Source: Mobula hypostoma
Lineage: Eukaryota
DNA length: 64,000 nt
Assembly: GCF_963921235.1 (NCBI RefSeq)
Contig: NC_086116.1
Coordinates: 17,112,001 to 17,176,000 of the forward strand
Direction of reading: 5' to 3'
In this document: piece by piece, positions 39,001-51,000 of the stretch
Layout of the letters: the number at the start of each line of letters is the position of its first letter
Position numbering within the stretch: the stretch's first letter is position 1
Position numbers and translations under genes: made by a program
The notes under the pieces: generated by a model
The model's database searches: none
What the model saw: only the letters and a program-made list of their open reading frames with translations
What the model was told of the DNA's origin: nothing

Positions 39001-42000
39001 ATGTAGTTTATTATCATGAACTCAAGCTGAGGAGAAACCGTGCCCTTAAATCCACCAAGAGCTTGCACTTTATATTCTAATTATTAATGGTCTACCTTCG
39101 TTCCTTTGTATAAATTTCCTAGTGATAGAGACTTTCAGAATCATATTAATTACAGTCAGAAATTCAGGAAGACAATCATACTGAAGAATATTGATTTTTG
39201 ATTTTGCCACACAAGTTTTAAAATAATTTTTATTATTTGGCATTGATCGTGTGGATAGCCAGAGGCTTTTTCCCAGGGCTGAAATGGCTAACACGAGAGG
39301 GCATAGTTTTAAGGTGCTTGGAAGTAGGTACAGAGGGGATGTCAAGGGTGAGTTTTTCACACAGAGAGAGGTGGGTGTGTGGAATATGCTGCTAGCCATG
39401 GTGGTAGAGATGAATACAATAGGGTCTTTTAAGAGACTCTTAGATAGATACCTTAGAAAAATAGAGAGCTATGTGGTAGGGTAATTCTAGGCAGTTTTTA
39501 GAGTAGGTTACATAGTTGGCACAACATTGTGGGCTGAAAGGCCTGTAATGTGCTGTAGATTTCTATGTTCTATGTAATTTATAGCTACCTTTCCACCCTG
39601 CAAATTTTAGTAGCATTGCTTTCTCAGTAGAATCTTAAATTCATAGGCCCCTGTATAACTTAAAAAGCTTAGCAGCTAATTTGACCATAGGACAAGTTAT
39701 AATTGGCTAACCACAATAATCGTGGAGGTGTACCAAAAAGTTAAGATGCTGTTATTAAATATATACAAATGCATATTAACCAGCCATTCAAAGCAGAAAG
39801 GGAAGCCTTAACCTATCAAAATGACAAGCTCCTATGCTTGAGTGCTTCATGTTAACGTTAGTAAATTAATTTGTTCATTTTTTCCTAGGTGGGAGAATCT
39901 GTGAAGGTCAATGACTGCACGTTGTGTAGCTGCTCAGAGAAATTGAACAAATATACGCTCCAGTGTAGAACTACACGTTGTGCAAGTTGCCCTGATGTAA
40001 GATACCATTTTATTGTTTATTTCTATTAATGATTTCATTCTAGTGTCCTTAATGCATGGGGAGGTAGAGGAGAGTAACCTAATTCAAACTGGCCATTCAA
40101 AGGAATGGGTAGCGTATTAAATTAGGTGGCTAGTTACCAAAAAGCCACACAATGTAGCGTGTCTGTGATTATCAGATCCCTTTATTTCCTTTAAAAAAAA
40201 ATCAGGGTTGATATTCAGATTATCGGAGAAGCAATATAAGGCAAGTTTATCTCTGAATATGCTGTAAATCATCCCATTGACAACATGCCAGCTGGAGAGG
40301 AGAATACCCTGACATGGAGCAATAATCGACTTCATGAAGCCTACTGGACAGTTATTAACCTTGAAACTTTGAGATATTTAGATCATTGCCAATAGAAAAG
40401 AAACAAGAAATGGTGAATTCTTAAAAATACCATTTTGGATGGGATAGGGGTGTCTTTCTGCAGAAAAATGATCACCCAAAATTAAATATGAAGCTGGTTT
40501 ATTGGTTAAGTACTAAGCTTACACCATCATCAATGATGCTAAATGTATACGACAATGTTAGTTAAGCCCACAGGATGAAACTTCGAGAGCTGAGTTTAGT
40601 CAATGATTGATGCTGTCACATACAGTACGTTAATTCTGGCACCCAAAGATAAGTACCGTCACTCACAAGATCAATGAAGGTGATGAGCCAAGACAAATGT
40701 TTCAGACCTTCTCGTTGATTACATGGCTACATTGCCAAACAAGCCTTTCCAATCAACTTTACACCAAGTTGTACCTCAAGCCTTGTAGATATAGTACAAG
40801 TAACAACAGCATTTCACCTTATTAATAGAACATGGGAATGGAGGGATTTTACTTGTAGCGGGAGTATACGTTATAACTTCAGGCACGTGTGCTCTCTTCA
40901 CAGCCTAAGAAACCTTTATTATCTTGTGAAGTGTTAAATGATTGTCATTTCAAAGATTTTATGATTGATTGAATGTTTTCACTGAGTCATTAGACCATAA
41001 GACATTGGAGCAGAATTAGGCCATTCAGCCCATCGAGTCTGCTCTGCCATTCCATCATGGCAGATTTATTATCCCTCTCAAGACCACTGTCCTGCCTTCT
41101 CCCCGTAACCTTCGATGCCCTGATTAATCAAGAAATTATCAACCTCCGTCTTAACTATACCCAGTGACTTGGCTTGCACAGCCATCTGTGGCAATTAATT
41201 GCACAGATTCACAACGCTCTCGTTAAAGAAATTAGTCCTCACCTCTGTTCTAAATGGACATCTTTCAGTCCTGAGACCGTGTCCCCCGGTCCTAGACATT
41301 CACTCCACAGCCACTTTATTCAGACATTTCAATAATTGATGAATTGAAATGAGATCGTCCCTCATTCTTCTAAACTCCAGTGAGTACAATTCAGAGCTAT
41401 AAAACCCTATGTTAAATCTTTCATTCCTGGGGTTACTCTCATGAACTTCCTCTGTCTAGAGGCCTGTACAAAACTCCCATCAAGGTCTTTTACCTTTGCA
41501 GTTTCCTACCTTCATCCGCAAGAATTCTAGATCTTCTGATCCTATGTCACCTCTTTCCAAGCATTTGATTTTATTTTTTGCCAATAGAGCTCCTCCACCC
41601 CGTTTGCCTACCTGCTTTTCTTTTCCGTATCCTTGGATGACTTGGGGATGCCCACAAGAACATACCTGCAGTATTATTCTTCAGTTTAATTATTTATTTG
41701 ATTTTATTTGTTGCAATAAGATTTAAAATGTTAAATTATTTTAATTAATTTAATTTTAAGTTCTCTTGTGTTTCTGAAAGTCAAAGGAATTTAAATCCAT
41801 AGCATTAATGATACTTTTAAAGCCTTGTTCCTGGTGTCATTAGTTATCTGAAGCAGTTTGAAAATGTCCAAGACAGATCAGCAGCTCAGCCTCTTCGCTA
41901 CACTGTGGAAAGTCCTTTCAGTGCTAAAACCTGTAGGGAGACAGTGAGGCTGATCTTTACCCAGGGAGTGATACTTGTGGGAGTACTATTCTACTCTACC

Positions 42001-45000
42001 AAGATCTAGCCTATGGTCGTTAATATGACCACTGCATGCAATTAATATTAGTGTTCACAGGCAACTATCATTATAAAGAAAATGTCTGTAATATTTTATG
42101 ACTGTTATTTCTCTTTTGTTCCAGGGTTACATAATGAGAAAAGAAAATGGTTCTTGCTGTGGGACATGTGTGGCCACCGTGTGCATTATTAGTCTAAGAA
42201 ATGGGACATTGGTTAAGTTAAAGGTTAGTATTCATAGGCACGGTTTAAATACTTTACCTCAAAGTTAGTAAATTGTGGATTTAACCCTTCCTGCAGCTGT
42301 CTGTAATGAGTGTGTACATTCTCCCCATGACCAGATGGGTTGTCTCCTGATGCTTTGGTTTCCTTTCCCAATCCAAAGATGTACTGATTAGTAGGTTAAT
42401 CGATTGTTGTAAATGTTTCCATGATTAGAGTGGGACTAAATCGGGGTATTGGTGGACGGCATGGCTCCAGGAGTTGGATGGGCCTATTACATAATGCATC
42501 TCAATAAATATATAAATTTAACCATTTCCTACACCTCAGGTTCTTAAGATCCAAATCATTAATATACGTTTGTAGATGCAAGCAGTGGACCTAGCCCTGA
42601 TTCCTGTAGTGTACCAATAATTATACGCTTCCATTCAGAGGGGCAAATATCCAGTACCATTCTCAATCTTCTCCCACTAAGCCAATGTTGAATCCAATAT
42701 ACTACTTCAACCTGAATACTTTATAATTTATACTTCATTGTCACCAAACAATTGATACTAGAACGTACAATCATCACTGCGATATTTGATTCTGCGCTTC
42801 CCGCTCCCTGGATTACAAATCAATAGTAAGTATTAAAAATTTAAATTATAATTCATAAGTAGAAAATAGAAAAATGGAAAGTAAGGTAGTGCAAAAAAAC
42901 CAAGAGGCAGGTCCGGATATTTAGAGAGTACGACCCAGATCCGGGTCAGGATCCATTCAGCAGTCTTATCATAGTTGGAAAGAAGCTGTTCCCAAATCTG
43001 GCCGTACGAATCTTCAAGCTCCTGAGCCTTCTCCCAGAGGGAAGAGGGATGAAAAGTGTGTTGGCTGGGTGGGTCGTGTCCTTGATTATCCTGGCAGCAC
43101 TGCTCCGACAGCGTGCGGTGTAAAGTGAGTCCAAGGACGGAAGATTGGTTTGTGTGATGTGCTATGCCATGTTCACGATTTTCTGCAGTTTCTTCCGGTA
43201 TTGGACAGGACAACTTCCATACCAGGTTGTGATGCACCCTAGAAGAATGCTTTCTATTGTGCATCTATAACAATTAGTGAGGGTTTTAGGGGACAGGCCA
43301 AATTTCTTTAGTTTTCTCAGGAAGTAAAGGCGCTGGTGGGCCTTCTTGGCAGCGGACTCTGCTTGGTTGGACCAACTCAGGGCAGTTGTGATATTGACCC
43401 TGAAGAACTTAAAGCTTTTGACCTGTTCCACTTGCGCACCACCGATGTAAATGGGTTCGTGTGGTCCGCTACTCCTTCTGAAGTCAACAACCAATTCCTT
43501 TATCTTGCTGACGTTGAGGGATAGGTTATTGTCTTCGCACCATGCCACCAGGTTCTTAATTTCCTCTCTGTACTCAAACTCATCATTACCCGAGATACGG
43601 CTGCCAAGAAAATGAACCTTCTGGACCAGCCTCTCACTGCCTTTCCTTTATTAACTTTCTCTGTAACCTCCTTCAGAAAGGTTAGTTTGACTCAAACTAC
43701 CATGCACAAAACTATGTTGATTATCCTAACCAGGTGCTGTCTGTCCTATACTTTTACAGGTATATCCTATGTCTTAGAATACCTTATAATAATTTTCCCA
43801 TTACTGACATCAAGCTCACCAACCTATAATTCCTTAGTTTATTCTTAGAGCATTTCTTAAATAACGGAACTATATTAGCTATCCTCTGGTCCTCCTGCAG
43901 CTCACCTGTGGTTAAGAAATTTTAAATATCTCCGTCAGGGCCCCTGAAATTTCTGCACTAGCCTCCCAGAAGATCCATAGGGACACCTTGTCAGATCCAC
44001 CTTATTTAATGGTAACAAATAATGATAATAAGTACTTTATTGATCCTGAGTGGGAAATTATTTTGTTACAGCAGCAACATTTAAAACAGACTTTGCAATA
44101 ATAATAAATATAGTAATATTAACTGATGATAAAGAACATAATAGTATACACAATAATATTTACCAATTTGCAAAAATAATGTACGAAATAATAAAGCAGA
44201 GACTATCACACTATGATGTGTGTTTTCTGTTGCACAGAGATGAACTGTTGTATACGCTTACTGCATTTGGTAGGAAAGATTTTCAGGACTGCAAGCAGCA
44301 CCTCTTCTATAATTGGGATTCAGTCCATGACTTCACTACTGTTTTGCCTCGGTTCTATAGACTCTGTGCCTGGTTCCTGAGAAAATATAGATGCAAAAAA
44401 TCCATTTAAGATCTCCCCATTTCATTCAGATCCATACATACTGTAGATGCGTATGCTGATATTCAAGTGGACCAATTTTGTCACTTGCGATCCTTTTGTT
44501 CTTAATATGTCCACAGAAATTCTTGGGATTCTCGTTCAACTTATCTGCCAGAGCAACCTCATGCCTTCTTTTAGCCCTCCTGATTTTCTTCCTAAGTGTT
44601 CTCTTACATTTCTTACACTCCTTACATGCCTCATTTGTTCCTTGCTGTCTATACCCACTAAGCACCTCCTTCTACTTCTTAACCAAGGCCTTAATATCCC
44701 TTGAAAACCAAAGGTCCCCAAACCTGTTAGCCGTGCCTTTCTTCCAACAAGCTCATTATTCCCTCTATCATATCTAAAATACGGAACCCAGGAACACTCA
44801 GCTGCTCGTCTTGCCCTTACTGCCAAGTCTCGGTAATGGCTACAATATCATAATTCCACATACTGATCAATGATCTAAGTTCATCTGCCTTGCCTGCAAT
44901 ATTCTCTGCATTGAAAGTCAGGACAGCCTTTGTTGGTCAACCTTTCGGTTCCTGTCTTTGTACGTAGGTTTAACATATACTTTCCCCACTAGCAATCAAC

Positions 45001-48000
45001 TATCTGCCCTGGTACTCTGGTTCCCATCCCCCTACAACTCTAGTTTAAGTACCCCAGCACCCCCCTAGCCAACCTTCCCACAAGGATATTGGTCCCCTAC
45101 CCCAGCTCAGGTCCCACCTTGCCTGGAAGAGAGCTCAATAATCCAAAGTTCTGACGCCCTCCCCCCATACCAGTTCCTTATCCACTTGTTAAATTATAGT
45201 ATCTTCCTATTTATCGCCTTACTAGCAGAATGGCATGAGTAGCAATCCTGAGATCACCACTTTAGAAGTCCTGTCCATTATTTTAGCACCTAACTCCCTG
45301 AACTTACTTTTTGGGACCTTGTTATCCTTCCTGACTATGTCACTGGTACTGACATAGGCCACAAACTCTGACTGCTTACCCTCCTAAAGACTCACTTGAG
45401 ATGTTCTTGACCGTGGTAACATGCCAACCAGCGATCTCCTTCTCATCCACGGAACCTCCTGTTAGTTCCCTATCCAACGAGTCCTCTAGCTCTACTGCTT
45501 GCCTCTTTTCCCACCTTCCCTTTTGAGTCACAGAGCCAGACTTACTGTCAGAGACTTGTGGCTTTTCTCTGCTAGGTCTGCCCACCTCCCACCCCCCAAC
45601 AACAGTATCCAAAACAATACATATTTGTTATTGAGGGGAATGGCCACAAGGGTATCCTGCTCTGGCTGCCTACTCAACTTCCCTCTCTTGCTGGTCATCC
45701 AGTTACCCATCTGCTTCAGTTTATGTGTAGCCACCTCCCTCTATGTCCTATTAATCAACCCCTCCATCTCCCGAATGGTCCGGTGTTCATTCTGTTCCAG
45801 GTCTCTTTCTTTAACATGGTCAGTAAGAAGCTGCAGCTGGATCCACTTTTTGCAGGTGTAGTTGTCAGGCATACTGGAGGTCTCCGTGCGTTCCCACATC
45901 TCCACTAACCTGATTGTCACTCATGCTGTTCTAAATGTGCTATAAGAAAGAAGGGAACTTACCTTAGCATCTGCCTCTCCTCGACAAAGCCTCAGCTGCC
46001 CACTGTAACACTGGCCCATTCACACTACAGCTGCTTCAGCAATGGCTGCTCCACTTAAACCTAATATTTTTATTGGTCCTTGCAAAGCGCCTAATAACTC
46101 AAATGATTTCAGTAAGTCCTGCCAGGCTCCACTTATTTTTTTTCCTCTCTAGCACTATACTGTTGGTATCTAGGTCAATATTTAGTTCCCATCCAACATG
46201 ACTAAAATTAGGCCTTTTGAGCACTTACTCTATTCCTTGCAAAATTTTCTTGTATGTAAATTGTTCAATATATTACAGGAAATGGTTGTACTTATTAAAA
46301 AAAAACTACTTAGCTGACAATAGCTTTGTAATATCCTGTAAGGCCCCATGGATTTTTTTCATAGACACAAATAACATTGCATTAACATTCACTATGTAAA
46401 ATTAAAACAAAATTGTTCAGTTATAAACTTTTCGGAGCTTCGACTGGAGATTTTAATATGTATGTGAAGAGAGCATCTTTTTTCAACAGTCAGATGAAAG
46501 CTTCCAAGATAACTGTGACTCGTACAGATGCAAAGTGAATGAAAGAGGAGAATTTATGACAGAAAAGCGAACAACGCTCTGCATGCCTTTTGACGAGCAA
46601 GGATGCAAATCAGAAGGGGTAAGGAATCAATGTGCTCAGTATCTACAGATGATAGGACTTGGTGAAATTCAGTCTGTCAGACAGAAAACTGTTCAGTGCT
46701 GACATTGCTGCTGGCCTGTGACCATCACTCTAGAAGGTTAGGTAAAGAGATCAGTTTGACGACTGTAGATCATTCATTTCAGGAAAAGCCTCTCGAAACT
46801 GTTTTTGGGAGAATCCAATATTCACCTACCTGGCTGAGACCTGAGTTCACAAGTTGTTGAAAGAGTTTCCTGACATCAGTTTTAATCCACCAGTCCTTAC
46901 AATTTAACACTGTTTTGACCCTGTTCAGTAGGAACAAGCCAAATTTCTGAAATGTGGTTGTGTCTTCAATTTTGATGTTTCTTGCTGTAAAGGGAATATT
47001 TACTCTGAAGTGTTTGTCATTGGCTATCCAGGTGGAAGGGTTAAAACTCAGCCAATCCAATAACTCCCATGGTCCATTCTGGCAGTCTTTGTAATGAATG
47101 CAGTGGACTGGTGCTAAATTAAGTTTCTTCCAAACTGAGCAAAGACTTCAAGCAGGTATGGATGCTGTGTGTTGTGGAAGCCTGCACAGAGGCATGATGA
47201 AACCTCAGAATTTGAAATGACTGAAGTGTATGGAGGGGCCATCTTTAGAACCAAGTCCTAACGCCAAATAGTTAGGTAAAGGTGAACATGTATTTTGCTG
47301 CCTCTTATATACAAATCTGATTGTCTGCAGACTTTTGGTTTGGGAATATCAATGCCTGCACGATCCCTACCTCACAAAGTGGAACTTCATCCATCGATAT
47401 ACTGTGTCTGTTCTGGTGGTCTGCCACCCCATATCTTGCGGCAGAGAGGTTACCTTTGCAGATCCTCTACATCACAGTGAGACAGCACCAGACAGTACAC
47501 TCAGGTTTTTGTGTTGACGTGCTGACCGCAATGAATATCAGTCTCAGTGTATTTCAGTAATGGAAACAGCTTCCACCTAGAGTAGCATTAGTGCTTTCCA
47601 ATGTAAACGGTACACTATGTAACAGCTTGTAATTGCCATCTAATCATAACTGTATTTACCAGGGGTTCTCAACCTTTTTTGTGCCATTGACCCCTACCAT
47701 TAACCAAGGGGTTCTGAGAACAGTCCCAATACTAGCGAGCAAGGAATTGATTTCTAAGTTGTAATAGTAATACGCAGGAGGTTGGTCAGCATCTGAGGGG
47801 ACGAAACAAAATTGATGCTTCGGCTCTGTGACTTTTCGTTAGAACTTTTATTTGAGAATTGTAGCACCTGCATTGTTTGCTTTTCATTTCCTTTTAAGTA
47901 AAGCTGATGGACTACATTTTACAAACTTAAAAATACTCACTAATAGATTTGTTCTCTCTCTTGGCACTTAGGGTGAGATAGTACGTGTGGACAGTTCCTG

Positions 48001-51000
48001 CTGCTTCACCTGTGAGTAATTATGCAATGGTTCTATAGCTATGATGTTTTGTTGTATAAAACTGTATTTAAAACTCTACATTTATAAACTCCACACATAT
48101 TGATCAGTAGGCATTATTTAGTTTATTGGATAATTGTGGGTTATCATTGTGAAGACAGAATTGAGTGGTTAGAGATTTCCTCATTAAAATGGAGGAAGTT
48201 GCAGGAAAAAAACAAAGGAAAACTGTATTAAGGTCTTCAAAATGACTGAAAGTTGTGTTTATACTACTGTTTCCAGGTTACCTATGCTGTTTTCAAGTTG
48301 GTAACAAAAAGACATAAATTCCAGGATAGGAGAGCAATACAATTTAACACGAAGGATCATGGGGCAGCATGGTAGCTAGATGTTAGCACAATGCTTTACA
48401 ATATCAGCAACCTGGGTTCAATTCCTGCCGTTGCATGTAAGGAGTTTGTACATTCTTCCCGTGACTGAGTGTGTTTCCCTTGCATACTCTGGATTCCTCC
48501 CAGAGTCTAGAGACGTACCGGTTGGTAGGTTAATTGGTCTTTGTAAACTGTCCCATCATTAGGCTAGGGTTAAATTGGGGGATTCTGTGTGGTCTGGCTC
48601 AAAGGGCCGGAACAGCCTATTCTCAATAATTAAATAAATAGGTGAAACTTTTCTCTTCAAACTATTGTTGAATTGAATAATTAATATAGTTAATAGGGCA
48701 TATTAAAGGATAAAAGATGCCAAAGGATAGTGGGATTAGCTATAGGATTTAGGTAACCCAATGGTACAGACTACATTTGTATTGACACAGTCTGTATGGG
48801 AAGTGGAAGAGACTGCGGGCAGAAGAGCGTTTGTGGAATTTGTTACGTACCCCGTAACTGGGTTGCCAAACCAGCAGAAATGGATCACTCAGTTGGAGTC
48901 TGGAGTACTAGAACTAAGAAAGTTTTATTAAAGAAACAAGCAACACAGTAATCGAAAGGATAATAAATGCAACAGTTCAGTGATGATAAACACACATGTG
49001 CACAGAATTAAGATAACAGCATCAATCAAGCTCTATCGTTGTCTAGGGGTAAATGACCAATTTCAAAATGACTCAAAGTTCAGTCCAGTTTAGTAGTTCA
49101 GTTCGCAGTAATCGTTGCCATGGCGGTGGACAATGTGGGGGAAGAGAGAGATAGAATAGGAACAACTCATCATTCAGAACGGCTTCACTCACAGACCAGC
49201 GAGATGGCTCACAAACAGCTTTTGGGCGGGTCCTTGGTGATGTCACCTGAGGTCACCGACTGTGACCCCTCCTCCAGATGCGGTCGATCCTCTGCAGTGA
49301 ACCCGGCACCCAGGCAAGGGCGGACACACACCGGGTTCCTGCTGATCGTACCTTTCCACCCTTGTCGTTGTCTGGTACTTCTCACCCACTCGTGAGAGGC
49401 GCACCGCTTCCAGGGTCTCGTTACCTCGGGTGGCGTGTGTGTCTGTCTTAGCGAACCTGTCCCTTTTTATCCCCCTGCTGGGGTATCGCCTGTCCATCAC
49501 TTCAAACAGTTCAGGGCTCAAAGGGGGGAGCCGCTCCAGACAGCTCTTCCTCCCACATCCCTTCATTACACATCTCCAGACGCTGCTCCATTGTTCCTTA
49601 TCTCTCCTTCCCCTGAGGGCAGGTGGCAGACCAACTGCTGATGCCACTGATGCTAACCTAGGCCAGCAAACATCTTAATTTTATGTGTATTCTCGTAACA
49701 CTTCCCCCCTTTAAGGATTTTTACCGGGAGGTAAAAATTACAAACATGACTACATTATCTGATACATACACAATATACATCTTTAACAGTTATTTAGCTA
49801 ATACAGAGAATTTGAAATTGTCAACACCTTGACAGACAGTCATCACATTTTCTGTTCCTTTTACACGTGTTATTAATAATCCCTTAGACCAGGCTCCAAC
49901 TCAGCAAACTTCATAGTGGCCAAAAACACTGATGAATTGCGACCAATGTAACCTCTCATTTGGTTTTGTCCCGGACCACAACAACAAGGGTCGTCCCATT
50001 CCGACTCAATTTTCCCTCGCAAGGGCTTAGTAGGAGGGGGACGGGTATTGACCGCAGAGTTATTGCAAAACTTCCTGCAGTACCCCACCATCTCCAAAAG
50101 CCTTCTGAGGGCCCTCTTGTCTGTCGGGGTTGGGAGGTCAGCGATAGCCTGCACTGTAGCTTGCATCACTGCCAGCTGCCCCTGTGTCACCACAATTCCC
50201 AGGTAAGTGACATTCGTGTGGCCGAATTCATTTTTTCCAAGGTTCACTATCAAGCTGGCTTCAGACAGCCGTATTAAATTGCCAATACACACCTCTGTGT
50301 TCATCAGCCCTTTAGTCACTGAAATACTCGAAAAATATGGGTGTTGTTTGCTTGGCCGCCCTATTGTAACCGACATAACCCAACGTCCCAGTTCTTTGCA
50401 TTTCCTCGGGACAATCAAACACATGGGTGCGAGTCGTTTAATTACTCCTTCGGGGATTAAGGGAGAGACCTTATCAGTAGACCTGGCCAAAACAATAGCC
50501 TTCTCCCATCTGACCGATCCCATCCTAATCTTTTCAAAATGGTTTTTTCCTCTTATCAAGGGGCCCCTAGCATCATTGATTTCCACGCTAACACCGACTA
50601 GGTTTGTTAGCATATCAAAAGCCGGTGACCGTCTCAGTTCGCGTCGGTCATGATCAATAACATTTTTCCCCCTGGGCAGCCGGTAACTCTCTTTCATGAT
50701 TCCACCAACTGTTTCCTCCAGCACCGCAAAATGTCCATCGGGGGGTACCTCGTGGGCCATGTTAAAAACCTCATCCCCATAACTCTTTTGCACCACCCCC
50801 CACTCCTCATCTGCGGATGCTGTACTTGATTTCCCTTTCTTCCTTAGCACTTCCTCCTCCGCACAATAGCTTGTCAAGGCTGTGTCAGAGAGAGCGGTCT
50901 CGGCAAAAACCATCAGCCCCTCGTCTCGCTCCTGCGTCTGCACAAATTCTTTCCTGGCTACTGCTACGTCCGTCCCAGCTCCCTCACTACCTCTTATCTC

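Noticed and set aside
48962-48967. Sense-strand AATAAA in each LTR (also 52892-52897) that could truncate VWF before the CK exons
   Set aside because: AATAAA occurs many times in these AT-rich introns and there is no clear downstream element; not supportable without 3'-end sequencing.
49243-49647. 134-aa ORF repeated at 53194-53598, plus other ORFs duplicated in both LTRs
   Set aside because: Duplication simply follows from LTR identity; no recognisable domain.
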